From: Candidatus Latescibacterota bacterium | Lineage (GTDB): Bacteria > Latescibacterota > UBA2968 > UBA8231 | Assembly (NCBI GenBank): GCA_965261395.1 | Contig: OZ253462.1 | Coordinates: forward strand, 736,001 to 800,000 | DNA: 64,000 nucleotides | Direction: 5' to 3' | In this document: positions 1-10,394 of the stretch, one piece after another | Numbering within the stretch: position 1 is the stretch's first letter | Layout: every line of letters starts with the position of its first letter | The notes under the pieces: generated by a model | Databases searched by the model: none | Told to the model about the DNA's origin: nothing | The model's input: the letters and a program-made list of their open reading frames with translations, nothing else | Made by a program: the position numbers and the translations under genes

Positions 1-412
1 TGCCAACTACCGCAAAGCCTTCGCCGAATTCGACCCTGCCGCGGTCGCTCGCTTCAGCGCGGCCAAGGTCGAACAGATGCTCCAAGACCCCGGGTTGATT
101 CGCAATCGCCGCAAGATCGGCGCGGCTGTGGAAAACGCTCGGCACTTCCTCGCCGTACAGGACGAATTCGGCAGTTTCAGCGCCTATATTTGGCGTTTTG
201 TCGATGGCAAGCCCATAGTCAACGAGTGGCGCACCCTCGCCGATTTACCAGCCACCAGCCGCGAATCCGACGCCCTGAGCAAAGACCTCAAAAGCCGCGG
301 CTTCAAGTTCATCGGCTCGATTGTCATCTACTCCCACATGCAGGCCACCGGCATGTTCAACGATCACGCGCTCGACTGCTTCCGCCGCGACCAGCTCCTC
401 AGCGCGGGATAG
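1..412 (+). CDS. tag: DNA-3-methyladenine glycosylase I (5' partial)
   Basis: IRNRRKI, SKDLKSRGFKFIGS and MQATGMFNDH..C motifs; frame open from the window edge. Confidence 0.92.
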   Translation, partial: ANYRKAFAEFDPAAVARFSAAKVEQMLQDPGLIRNRRKIGAAVENARHFLAVQDEFGSFSAYIWRFVDGKPIVNEWRTLADLPATSRESDALSKDLKSRGFKFIGSIVIYSHMQATGMFNDHALDCFRRDQLLSAG

Positions 413-441
413 GCACCCGCACACTCCACAGGAGAGTTCCC

Positions 442-1239
442 ATGCTCAGCAACGAACAATACCAGCACTTTCAGACCTTTGGCTTTGTCATCCTGCGCCA
501 ATTCTTTACCGCCGACGAAATGGCCACCTTGCGCGAAGAGTTTGAAACGGGTCTCAACCTCGCTTATGGACACCGCCCCTTCGACGGCTCTGAGCGCCAT
601 TGGGTGCCGCAAATGGGGCCGAGTACCCCCTTGTACGCCAGCTTGCTAGAGGACGAGCGCTTCTGGTCGATTGCCGCGCAGCTCTACGGCGAAGATGCCT
701 TTGCCGTGGGCGTGGATGCCAACCGCTACGTCGGCGACACTCGCTGGCACCCCGACCACCGCGTCGATCCCACCCAAGACTGCTACGGAATCAAGTTTGC
801 CTTCTATCTCGATCCAGTCGGCCCAGATACAGGTGCCCTGCGCCTCGTGCCCAGCTCGCACAAAAACCCGCTGCACGACGACCTGCGAGCATACATTCAG
901 GACCAAGGCATGGAACTGGCGGACATCCCCTCGTACACCTGTTCCTCCGAGCCGGGCGACGTCGTCGCCTTTGACGTCCGCTGCTGGCACTCCAGCTCTG
1001 GTGGGCAGCAGGGACGCCGTATGAGTACCTGCGTGTACTACAAAAACCCCGAGACCCCGGAGCAAGAACAAGCGGCCCGGCAACGCGCCCAAAGCAGCCA
1101 CCAAGCACCCGCGCAATACCACCGCCCCGGCGACCCGCTCTTCCACCCCCATTGGATCGCCAATCACTCGGCCAGCCCCTTGCGCCAACGCTGGATCGAA
1201 CGGTTAGACGATCTCGGATTTTTGCATCCAGCGGCCTGA
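442..1239 (+). CDS. Phytanoyl-CoA dioxygenase (PhyH) family Fe/2OG oxygenase
   Basis: FQTFGFVIL start, WHPD, LRLVPSSH, PGDVVAFD..WH; AGGAG RBS before ATG 442. Confidence 0.85.
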   Translation: MLSNEQYQHFQTFGFVILRQFFTADEMATLREEFETGLNLAYGHRPFDGSERHWVPQMGPSTPLYASLLEDERFWSIAAQLYGEDAFAVGVDANRYVGDTRWHPDHRVDPTQDCYGIKFAFYLDPVGPDTGALRLVPSSHKNPLHDDLRAYIQDQGMELADIPSYTCSSEPGDVVAFDVRCWHSSSGGQQGRRMSTCVYYKNPETPEQEQAARQRAQSSHQAPAQYHRPGDPLFHPHWIANHSASPLRQRWIERLDDLGFLHPAA

Positions 1240-1310
1240 AAAATTGTCAAACTAGCGCCGCTTGCGTACCGTTTCCGACCCGGCCCTTTCACCCCACCAA
1301 GGAGCCTCTC

Positions 1311-2309
1311 ATGCACGTCGGCACCCAGCAGTTCAATACATCGGACGAAGACCTCGAATATCTGGCCCGCCATGGGGTCTTCAACAAGAACGAAAACTTC
1401 ATCGCGTTCCACCGCGAATACGGTTGGGACGTCGAAGAGTTGGTCGCCAAGAAGGAGAAGTGCACTCGCTTTGGCATCAATCTGGAAATGGTCGCCCTGC
1501 CCATGGCCCAGTTCAACATCAACGGCGATAGCGTGCCCAACTTCATGATGGGCAACTACGAAGAGGGCGACAAAGAGATCGAACTGGTCATCAACATGGT
1601 GCGGCAGGCGGCCGAAGCCGGCATCCCAGCCATCAAATACTATCTCTGCGCCCTCGAAAACCAGCGCACCGAAAGCACGCCCCCCGGTCGCGGTGGCTCC
1701 ATGTACAGCACTTGGGACCTCGAAAAGGCCGACGCTGATACGCCGCGCTACGACAAACCAGTCACCGCAGAGGAAAACTGGCGTCGCATCACGTATTTCT
1801 TGGAGCGGGTCATCCCGGTCGCCACTGAGTGCAAGGTCCGCATGGCCTGCCATCCCTGCGACCCGTGGCTGCCGCCCGGCTATAAGGGCGTTGATCGCGT
1901 GATGGGCGGCTTTGACGGCTTCAAGCAGTTTATCGAGATCTGCCCTAGCCCCTACCACGGCGTCAATCTCTGCTTGGGCTGCATGGCCGAGAGCGTCGAA
2001 GATCCGCTCAACGAGGTGCCCGACATCATCCGCTACTTAGGCTCGCGCAACAAGATTTTCCTCTGCCACTTCCGCAACATCGTCGGTAAGCGCAACAAGT
2101 TCCAAGAGGTCTGGCCCGATGAGGGGGTGATGAACATGCACCGCAACATGCAAGCGCTCAAAGAAGTGGGCTACCAGCACATGTGCGTCCCGGATCACGC
2201 GCCCGGACACAAAGATCCCCACAGCTCGCGCCAGGCTTGGGCCTATGAGTTCGGCTATATACAGGCCATGATCCAGGCGGTGATGGACGAGAATGGAGCG
2301 AGCGCGTGA
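1311..2309 (+). CDS. Mannonate dehydratase (UxuA) family protein
   Basis: MACHPCDP, NLCLG, HFRNI, VPDHAP motifs; AAGGAG RBS. Confidence 0.85.
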   Translation: MHVGTQQFNTSDEDLEYLARHGVFNKNENFIAFHREYGWDVEELVAKKEKCTRFGINLEMVALPMAQFNINGDSVPNFMMGNYEEGDKEIELVINMVRQAAEAGIPAIKYYLCALENQRTESTPPGRGGSMYSTWDLEKADADTPRYDKPVTAEENWRRITYFLERVIPVATECKVRMACHPCDPWLPPGYKGVDRVMGGFDGFKQFIEICPSPYHGVNLCLGCMAESVEDPLNEVPDIIRYLGSRNKIFLCHFRNIVGKRNKFQEVWPDEGVMNMHRNMQALKEVGYQHMCVPDHAPGHKDPHSSRQAWAYEFGYIQAMIQAVMDENGASA

Positions 2310-2325
2310 CCGTATTTTCGGCGTG

Positions 2326-2365
2326 GCACTCGGCAAGGGGCCACTGGCAGCCTCTTGCCGAGTGC
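2326..2365. repeat. Strong inverted repeat / hairpin
   Basis: GCACTCGGCAAG ... CTTGCCGAGTGC, 12-bp perfect stem extendable with a G-U pair. Confidence 0.7.
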
Positions 2366-2575
2366 GCTACCGCTCTATGGAGGAATTTTACGCGGCTTGG
2401 CAGCAGGCGAGGCGGCTAGGGAGCAGATGATAGGTTCCGTCTGCTGTACCCTTTAGGTACCAACGCCGTACCGCCTAGTTCCCATTCTGCATTTCAACAT
2501 CTCTACCGGCCTCAGAGCACATCCCGCTGGCACGGTTCTTGTTTCCTTCTGCTAGTCTCAACGGAAAGGAACCGC

Positions 2576-4102
2576 ATGCCCTCCACCGTCCTCTCGGCCG
2601 CTACGCTCGGAATTGACGCGTACCCGGTCCACGTCGAAGTCGATACCGACCGCAGCTTACCGACCTTCACGGTCGTCGGCCTGCCCGACTCCGTGGTGCG
2701 CGAAAGCAAGGAGCGCGTCTTAGCGGCCATCAAAAACGCCGGCTATCAGTGGCCGCGCCGCAAGATCACCATCAATCTCGCGCCAGCCGATCGCAAGAAA
2801 GAAGGCTCGGCTTTCGACCTGCCCATAGCCGTCGGCGTCTTGGCGGCCTCCCAGCAGATCAAGCCCGTGTGTCTCGCCGAGTTCGCGCTCTTGGGCGAGC
2901 TCTCGCTCAACGGCAGCGTGCGCCCGGTGCACGGCATGCTTTCCATGGCCACATCCCTGCACCAGCAGGGCCTCTACGGCATGATCGTACCGACGCAAAA
3001 CGCCCGCGAGGCCGCCATTGCCAATGGGCCGCTCATCTATGGCGTCAGTTCACTAAACGAAGCTCTAGCTATTCTGACCGGCGACGCGCGTCAACGGCCC
3101 TACGAATTGAACGTGGAGGAGCTATTTAGCAGCAACGCCAACTACGGGGTTGATTTTGCGGAAGTGCGCGGCCAAGATCACGCCAAGCGCGCCCTCGAAG
3201 TCGCCGCCAGTGGGGGGCACAATTTGCTCATGGTCGGGCCGCCTGGGTCGGGCAAGACCATGCTCGCCCGCCGCCTACCCACGATCCTCCCGGCACCGAC
3301 CCTGCGAGAGGCGCTCGCCACCACCAAGATTCATTCGGTCGCCGGGATTCTTGCCCCAGGCCAAGCCCTAGTCGCCACCCGGCCCTTCCGCGCCCCGCAC
3401 CACACCATCTCGGACGCCGGTCTCATCGGCGGCGGCGCGTATCCCCGCCCGGGCGAGGTGTCGCTCTCCCACCACGGCGTGCTCTTTCTAGACGAACTGC
3501 CCGAGTTCCGCCGCAACGTCGTCGAGGCCCTGCGTCAGCCGCTCGAAGACCACACCGTCACCATCACGCGGGCGCAGATCTCGCTCGCCTATCCGGCGGA
3601 CTTTACCCTCGTCGCGGCGATGAATCCCTGCCCTTGCGGCTACCTTGCGGACGCCCGCCACACCTGCACCTGCTCCCCGGCCGCAATCCGCCGCTATCGC
3701 GCGCGCGTTTCCGGGCCGCTGCTCGACCGCATCGACATCCACATCGAAGTGCCAGCCCTCGCCTACGACGACTTGGCCAACAAGCAAGGCGGCGAAAGCT
3801 CAGCGCAAATCCTCCAGCGCGTCAACGACGCTCGCCAGCGGCAACTCGACCGCTTTGCCGGCGAGCTTTTCTGCAACGCCCATATGAGCACGCGGCACAT
3901 CCGCCGCCACTGCGCGCTCGACGACGCCGGGCAGGCCCTACTCGAAAAAGCCATGGCCCGCCTCGGCCTCTCGGCCCGGGCCTACGACCGCATCCTCAAA
4001 GTCGCCCGCACCATAGCCGACTTGGCCGACGCCCCCATCCAGTCGCAGCACCTAGCGGAAGCCATACAATATCGGGCACTTGATCGCAGCGGCCTTCTGT
4101 AG
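2576..4102 (+). CDS. comM: YifB/ComM Mg-chelatase-like AAA+ ATPase
   Basis: INLAPAD, GPPGSGKT, PFRAPHHT, LFLDELPEF, AMNPCPCG, SARAYDRILKVARTIADL. Confidence 0.95.
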   Translation: MPSTVLSAATLGIDAYPVHVEVDTDRSLPTFTVVGLPDSVVRESKERVLAAIKNAGYQWPRRKITINLAPADRKKEGSAFDLPIAVGVLAASQQIKPVCLAEFALLGELSLNGSVRPVHGMLSMATSLHQQGLYGMIVPTQNAREAAIANGPLIYGVSSLNEALAILTGDARQRPYELNVEELFSSNANYGVDFAEVRGQDHAKRALEVAASGGHNLLMVGPPGSGKTMLARRLPTILPAPTLREALATTKIHSVAGILAPGQALVATRPFRAPHHTISDAGLIGGGAYPRPGEVSLSHHGVLFLDELPEFRRNVVEALRQPLEDHTVTITRAQISLAYPADFTLVAAMNPCPCGYLADARHTCTCSPAAIRRYRARVSGPLLDRIDIHIEVPALAYDDLANKQGGESSAQILQRVNDARQRQLDRFAGELFCNAHMSTRHIRRHCALDDAGQALLEKAMARLGLSARAYDRILKVARTIADLADAPIQSQHLAEAIQYRALDRSGLL

Positions 4103-4204
4103 CTGGAAACGCGGGCGGTCAGAGATGCCGACAACGTAGCGTATTAAACACCCGCGCTTCATATTTCTATCTAAATAGCCGCTCCCCACAAAAAGGAAAC
4201 GACC

Positions 4205-5134
4205 ATGGCCCCTAGTCCCGACTCGCGAATTCCCTGGTACACCCCCGTCGATCCGGTAACCGTAGAAAAGCACACCCCGGACAAACCCCACCAAGGCAAG
4301 GTGCTGGCCGCCATCCAAGCCCACGCCGACGATATTCCCCTCTTCTGCGCCGGCCTCGTCGCCAAGCTCATCGCCGAAGGCTACACGGCCTATTTGATCC
4401 AGACCACCAACGACGAGAAGTGCGGCCCGGGCACGATGGGCGAGACCATTCTCCAAAACGAGCGCGAAGTCGACGTGCTAGCCGGGGAGTTGGGCTTCAA
4501 ACAGGTCATCCACCTCGGCTACCGCAATCACTTCCTCGACGAAGCCGCCCCCACCGAGCTAAGGGCACGGCTGGTCTTTCTGATCCGCGCCCTCAAAATC
4601 GACACCATCACCACCTTCAGTCCTTGGGGCCATTGGGAGGAAAACCCCGATCACTACGTCACTGGCCAAGCCGTCGAAGCGGCCCGCTGGATGGCTGGTA
4701 TGGGCAAGGATTACCCCGAGCAGTTGGCCTGTGGGATGCAGCCGCACTCGGTTGGGGATCTCTACTATTGGGCGATGCGCCCCGGCCAGCCCTACAACAC
4801 CGTCGTCGATATAGCGCCTCATCTCGACGAAAAGGTCGCCGCCATGAGCGCCAACAAGGCCCAAGGTCCGGCGGGTGCCCACGGCCGTCGCCTCAAGGAA
4901 CGGCTAGCGCGCCAAGGCAAATATCTACCCGCCTTGGGCGACGACGACGAGGAAGCCGACCGCCAGTACATCCGCCTCTTTGGCTTGCAAGAATACCAAC
5001 GCCTCGGCGCGCCCTATGGCTTGGACTACGCCGAGGCGTTCTACTATATGCCCCCCGGCGGAACCTTTACCGGCGCAATGAGCACAGCGGAGATCGAGCG
5101 CTACATCGAAGAACACGCCGAGGACTTGGGCTGA
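4205..5134 (+). CDS. PIG-L/LmbE family deacetylase
   Basis: AHADD metal motif and NPDH motif. Confidence 0.85.
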   Translation: MAPSPDSRIPWYTPVDPVTVEKHTPDKPHQGKVLAAIQAHADDIPLFCAGLVAKLIAEGYTAYLIQTTNDEKCGPGTMGETILQNEREVDVLAGELGFKQVIHLGYRNHFLDEAAPTELRARLVFLIRALKIDTITTFSPWGHWEENPDHYVTGQAVEAARWMAGMGKDYPEQLACGMQPHSVGDLYYWAMRPGQPYNTVVDIAPHLDEKVAAMSANKAQGPAGAHGRRLKERLARQGKYLPALGDDDEEADRQYIRLFGLQEYQRLGAPYGLDYAEAFYYMPPGGTFTGAMSTAEIERYIEEHAEDLG

Positions 5135-5245
5135 GAAGTGTGGGATCGCGCTGTTGCGGAACGGAGACGGAAACACGCCGAGCCGTTTACAGCTTGGTAA
5201 TGGTTTCTTTAATTTGCCCGCACAACTGATTGGGGAGGAACCGCG

Positions 5246-6130
5246 ATGAAACTCACGACGGAACAGATCGCAGAATTCAACACCCGCGGCGTCATCATCG
5301 CCCGCGAGGCACTAGCCCACGACGACTTGCAGCCGGTGATCAACGAGCTGTCGGCGTGGATTGACGCCCGCGCGCGGACGCTGCATGAGGAGGGCGAAAT
5401 AGCGGACCTGCACGAGGACGCCCCGTTTGCCACGCGCTACGGCTTGCTGTTCAAACAGTGCCCTGAGGCCGGGCGCGGCATGGACATTATGCACTATCGG
5501 GGCCGGGCGATGTTCGCCTTCCTCCGCAATGAAAACTTGCTCGACCTCATCGAATCCCTTTTGGGTCCTGAGCTGATCTGCAACCCCATCCAGCACCTAC
5601 GATCCAAGCCACCGCAAGCCTACGAAAACCGCGAAGGCCCCTCTTTCCACAACGCGCCCTGGCACCAAGACGCCGGCGTGATGATGCCAGAAGCCGAAGG
5701 CTCTGACGTCGTCACCTGCTGGCTGCCTTTGGCCGCAGCCACGGTAGAGACCGGCTGCATGGAGGTCTTGCCCGGCCTCGTCGAAACCGGCTATCTCCGG
5801 CATTTGGCGGCCGGCGGCACTACCATCGCCCCCGAGGCCATGCCCCAAATTGAACCCTTCCCCTTGGAGTGCAAGCGCGGCGACGTAGTGCTCATGAGCC
5901 GCTTTACGCCCCATCGCTCCACCCCCAATTACTCAGACCAATGCCGTTGGTCCCTCGACCTGCGCTATCAGCCCACTGGCGAGCACACCGGCCGCACCGG
6001 CCACCCCGACTTTGTCGCGCGCTCCCGCCGCGGTCCGTCCAGCGAACTGACCGACTACGAGGAATGGTGCCGCCTGTGGATTGACGCCTTTGATAATCCC
6101 CATGGCGTGGTCGCACACCGCGGGGAATAG
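5246..6130 (+). CDS. PhyH family dioxygenase
   Basis: PWHQD, WLPL, GDVVLM..TPHRS, RWSLDLRY; GGAGG RBS. Confidence 0.9.
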   Translation: MKLTTEQIAEFNTRGVIIAREALAHDDLQPVINELSAWIDARARTLHEEGEIADLHEDAPFATRYGLLFKQCPEAGRGMDIMHYRGRAMFAFLRNENLLDLIESLLGPELICNPIQHLRSKPPQAYENREGPSFHNAPWHQDAGVMMPEAEGSDVVTCWLPLAAATVETGCMEVLPGLVETGYLRHLAAGGTTIAPEAMPQIEPFPLECKRGDVVLMSRFTPHRSTPNYSDQCRWSLDLRYQPTGEHTGRTGHPDFVARSRRGPSSELTDYEEWCRLWIDAFDNPHGVVAHRGE

Positions 6131-6193
6131 CGCGGCGCTACAAGCAAACTTGGCGAATGGCTGGCTGCGCTGAGCGATTGCAAGGAGACGACG

Positions 6194-7771
6194 ATGGCCA
6201 AACCACGCATTTTTTTCGACCACGACGGTCGGCACCCGCTGATCTACATGTACGAGCCGCCGATGCAGAAAGAAGAGCTGGAGGCGGCGGTAGACGAGTT
6301 GGTGGGGACGCCAGTCGAGGCGCTGTCGCTGACCCTCGGCGATGCGCAGAGCCTGCTCTACGATTCTTAGGTGGGCGCGTTGTGGGGACGGGATATAAAG
6401 AAGTGGCCGCATCTGATCTGGAAGCGGGCCAACCAGAATTTTACCCAATTGATCAAAGCCGGATGCGATCCGCTCCAGGTGCTCTGCGACAAAGCCCATG
6501 CCAATGGCCTGCTGCTCTACGCGATGCTATTGCCGCAGCAGGGGCCGCGGGAGTGGATGTTGAAAAGCTGGGAAAATCCGCGCTTCGCCGCCGAGCAGCG
6601 CGACCCGCAGCCGTTGGAGATCGGCAGCAAGGGCGGTGTGGACGCGGAGTGGCCGGGGTATCGCGCGTGGGATTACGCTCGTGATGCAGTGCGCGAGCGG
6701 AATTTGGCGATTGTCGAGGAAGTGCTCGCGCGCTATCCCGTTGACGGTTTTGAGCTACAGCTCAATTACTGCCCCTATTATTTTCACCCCGATGAGATTG
6801 CGGCGGGGATGGGGATTATGACCGAGTGGATAGGGCGGGTTTATGCGGCGGTAAAAAAGAGCGATCCGGCACGAGAATTGGTCCTGCGCGTACCGGCGAA
6901 TCTGGATGGATGCCGGGCGGTGGGGCTGGAGCCATTGGAGTGGATGCGCCGGGGCATTGTCGACGCGATCGTGCCCGAGGCATCGGGAGCGGCGGATCCG
7001 TCGGCGGATTTCAGCGCCTTCGTCAAAGCGGCACGCGGGACGGTGTGTCGGGTCTTGCCGGCGTTACAGAGTCGGATCGACAGCGACCGGGTCGGCGAGG
7101 GGACGATCGAAATGGTGCGGGCGGGGGCTTGCAACTATTGGGCGCAGGGAGTCGACGGCCTCTATATCGCGCATTGGTTTGGCTGTTGGCCGTATAAGGC
7201 CGATTTCTACCAGAAGCTGCGCGAGGTGTCCTTCCCCGAGACGATGGCGGCCAAGGACAAGGTCTATCGAATCCCCAGCGAGGGCAGCGCGCCGGCACCG
7301 GAGGCGATTGCGCCGCATGTCGCTAATCCGCTACCCATTGAGTTGGCAAAGGGACAGGCGCAACAGGTGGGTTTTGCGGTGAGCGATGATCTGAAAAAAT
7401 GGGACAAGGTCGATCGGGTCCACGAGGTGATCTTGCGGGTGCGAGTGCAGGAGACGACGGAGCGGGACCGCTTGCGCTTTGCTTTTAACGGCAAAGAATT
7501 ACCGCAATCGCTGCTGCGCAAAATCAATCAGATGTACGTGATGGATGCGCCGCGCTATCGGGTTTTTGGCTATTGGTATGTCTTTCGTTTGGACGAAAAA
7601 TTTAGGCCGGTGCAGGGGTGGAATGTGCTGGAAGTCGAACTGCTCAAACGGGACGGGCAGGCGCTACCGGCTGTCGTATTGCGCGATGTAGAGCTGGAAA
7701 TCAAGTACTTGATGGGGAAGAATTACCATCGGGGTTTGATCGATGCAGATCTGGGACCGGGTGAATTGTAG
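6194..7771 (+). pseudogene. Putative TIM-barrel glycoside hydrolase-like protein interrupted by an in-frame TAG (6368-6370)
   Basis: AAGGAG RBS and ATG 6194 give MAKPRIFFDHDGRHP...LLYDS*VGALWG, in frame with ORF 6371-7771 (DYARDAVR, YPVDGFEL motifs). Confidence 0.75.
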
Positions 7772-7795
7772 CTTCTCTGCACGGGGGCCTAGGTA

Positions 7796-8413
7796 ATGGT
7801 GCGCCGCTACGGGCTTTATTTGCTGCTGGCTGTTTGTCTGGGGTGGTTTGCATACCAGCAGGTGCGTCCGGCTCCTCAAGACGATCCAGACGCGGTCGTT
7901 ATCTGGAGTGGTTGGGGCGAGGAAAGTCCAGCGTTTGAGCTCTATCACCAGTGGTGGGCTGAACTAGAGCGGGAAAAAGGCATCCGGGTTTCTCACGTTT
8001 CGCTAAAGAATTCGGTGATGATCCAGCAGGCCAACCGCGCCCTGGTGCTGGGGGGCGCTCCAGCCCTGTTTCAGAGTTTCGGTGGGTATGGGCTGGCGCT
8101 CCAGGGGAAGTACGGGCTGCTGGAAAATATCTATCCCGAGATCGAGCGGCGGGGTTGGGACCAAGTGCTCGAAAAAAAATGGTTGGATATCGTTACCTTC
8201 GACGGGGAATTTTACGGCATTCCCATCGAAGCCGCCACGTTCGGGATCATCGCCAATACGACCCTCTTCGACCGTCATGGCATCGAGTATCCCACGGATT
8301 GGCCGACGTTTGTGCGGGCCTGCGAAGCGTTCAAGGCGCGCGGTATCCAGCCGCTGCTGATAGCCGGCAAGGAAGAAGGCGGCGGCAATAAGACGCAGAT
8401 TGACGCTTTCTAA
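7796..8413 (+). pseudogene. Truncated sugar ABC transporter substrate-binding protein
   Basis: N-terminal hydrophobic anchor, DGEFYGIP, NTTLFDRHGIEYPTDW motifs; stops at 205 aa (family is usually about 400 aa); no permease genes follow. Confidence 0.7.
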
Positions 8414-8785
8414 GCTGCTTTGCAACTTAGATCCGGTGTACATATTAGGAACCCGACTATCGCCTTTTAGGATGACGATTATGCCGCCCCAGCAAACCCT
8501 CTATCCTGCCGAAGAAACGGCTCGGCGATGGCGACGTGGGAGAAAATCCATTCGGCATGGGCATTCGGGCATACTATATTCGGGGCGGGCAACGGCAGGC
8601 CTTGCGCAGATACCAGAGACGTATCAGCCGAGGAACTCACGGAGATTAGGGCGACTGGCGATGGTGGGGGAAGGTAGCCCATTGTCAAAGTACTCTGAAA
8701 GGTGTCGGCATAGATGTCAAAGAAACCCACCGCTATATATGAAGCGTCTATATAATCCATATCTATATGTGAAAGGAGCCGTTGC

Positions 8786-9472
8786 ATGACACGGGATAGA
8801 ACGCGTAGCAACGGGGGGAGTGAGCCGAGCATCGAGATTGTCGAGTTCTCCGTTGTCGTGATCGCAACTGCAAACAATCCGTCCATCTTAAATCTTGATT
8901 TCTTGCGATACAACGAAATCGTGAATCCAGATTGGCAAGAACAGGGGGCTTCCGTTTCAACTCCGGCTTTTGCCCAGGTATCATTTGAGGGCGGGCTTAC
9001 CGTTAAAGCTGACCAGCAACGTGTCATCTTCGAGCAACTCGGAGACGGATTGGTCGTACCAGAAGTGGCTAAGCGCTATTTTCAGCAGGTCCCGTATGTT
9101 CCTTATTCCGGCATCGGCATCAATCCCAAATTCTTTCTGCGCTCAACGGGAGAGCATCTGCCGCTTATGGAGAGTGTAGTGCGCGATCAAGGTGCTTGGA
9201 TGTCGTTCAAGGATGTAGCGCCGATGGTTCAACTGAAATTAATCTATAGTTACGAAGAAAGAACTATTTCCCTTGATGTTGTCCAGATTGAACCAACGAT
9301 AGATGGCCAGACGGTCTCTGGGATACTGTTCCAAGCGAATGTCCATCGTGATGTCGATGGACCGAACGCACAGGCCCGAAACAAGCACATCCAGTCTATT
9401 TTGGATAGGTGGGAAGACGATCTGGAGGATGTTCGTCTGTTGAGTAAGACTCTGTTAGGAGGAATGAAATGA
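8786..9472 (+). CDS. Hypothetical protein, TIGR04255-like
   Basis: 228 aa; AAAGGAG RBS; SVVVI..NNPSIL, GIGIN, ILFQANVHRD pattern recalled from TIGR04255-type proteins. Confidence 0.55.
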   Translation: MTRDRTRSNGGSEPSIEIVEFSVVVIATANNPSILNLDFLRYNEIVNPDWQEQGASVSTPAFAQVSFEGGLTVKADQQRVIFEQLGDGLVVPEVAKRYFQQVPYVPYSGIGINPKFFLRSTGEHLPLMESVVRDQGAWMSFKDVAPMVQLKLIYSYEERTISLDVVQIEPTIDGQTVSGILFQANVHRDVDGPNAQARNKHIQSILDRWEDDLEDVRLLSKTLLGGMK

Positions 9473-10389
9473 CTGCGGTTTTCGATGAATCCGTACCGAT
9501 TACATACGACTGGAACGAACCCGCATCGCCAACGGCTGTGGGTCCTACTCCAGTCATATCGCCGGAGCCTCCTGCGGAAGATGATTCGGCAGACGTGTAT
9601 CCGGACCCGGTTACGGCAGAAGAACTACTCAGTGTCTCTCAGTTTGGAGAAGGCTCAGAAGCCGAACTCATATCCCCGACAACGGCATATGCGGGATATT
9701 CAATGTGGGGTGGAGTTGGAGAGTACCTTTTTACGAGTCAGAGTACGGAAGGGGTTCCCGGGGGACTTCCTAATGCCTTATTCGGCCTTGAGCAAAGCAG
9801 TGACGCAAAGGAAAAGGGCTTATTGGAATCACTCCAAACGGCCGTACCGAACGTCCTCGATACTTCCAAACAGCCTTATAATATCTATTCCATGCCAGTG
9901 TGGACGTCTCCAGTGTGGAACGAGGTAGGCAAGCACCACGTTCCGGGTCTGACACCAGAGAACAGAACATCCGCGTTTTTTGATGCCGTACTCTCTTTTG
10001 AGCAGATCGTTGAAAACGCAACGGGAGAAGACTTACCTGCTCCGCTCGCCAATGCCCTACTCGATCTTCATGAGATAAACGACGAGGCCGACGAAGAAGG
10101 AATTCCACCGCCTTCCGAATCGGCTATTGCCAACGCGGATCGTCTGATACGAGAAATCTATGACATATTGCCACGTCAATATCTAGTGGAACTCCTGCCG
10201 GAAGGGGTTATTGCTATCACCGTTCCCGGCGGATTTCGGCGTTCAGTTATATTATTGTGCGAATCTAAGGGCGGGGCACTGTGCTCTGTCAACATGAACG
10301 GCGAACATCGGCGCAAACGGTATCCACACGCGGACCAACTGCCGGATAGATTTCTGCATGAAGCCTTGAGTGAACTGGGACAGGAGTAA
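9469..10389 (+). CDS. Hypothetical protein: acidic, Pro-rich N-terminus plus small alpha/beta C-terminal domain
   Basis: ATGA overlap with upstream gene and GGAGG RBS; PPPSESAIANADRLI...PEGVIAI C-terminal region. Confidence 0.7.
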   Translation: MTAVFDESVPITYDWNEPASPTAVGPTPVISPEPPAEDDSADVYPDPVTAEELLSVSQFGEGSEAELISPTTAYAGYSMWGGVGEYLFTSQSTEGVPGGLPNALFGLEQSSDAKEKGLLESLQTAVPNVLDTSKQPYNIYSMPVWTSPVWNEVGKHHVPGLTPENRTSAFFDAVLSFEQIVENATGEDLPAPLANALLDLHEINDEADEEGIPPPSESAIANADRLIREIYDILPRQYLVELLPEGVIAITVPGGFRRSVILLCESKGGALCSVNMNGEHRRKRYPHADQLPDRFLHEALSELGQE

Positions 10390-10394
10390 GTTGG

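Noticed and set aside
2576-4102. comM as an integration hotspot
   Set aside because: The gene is full length and uninterrupted here
8400-8789. 129-aa ORF upstream of the three-gene cassette
   Set aside because: No RBS or coherent family signal; at most a short YPAEETARR gene scrap plus promoter region
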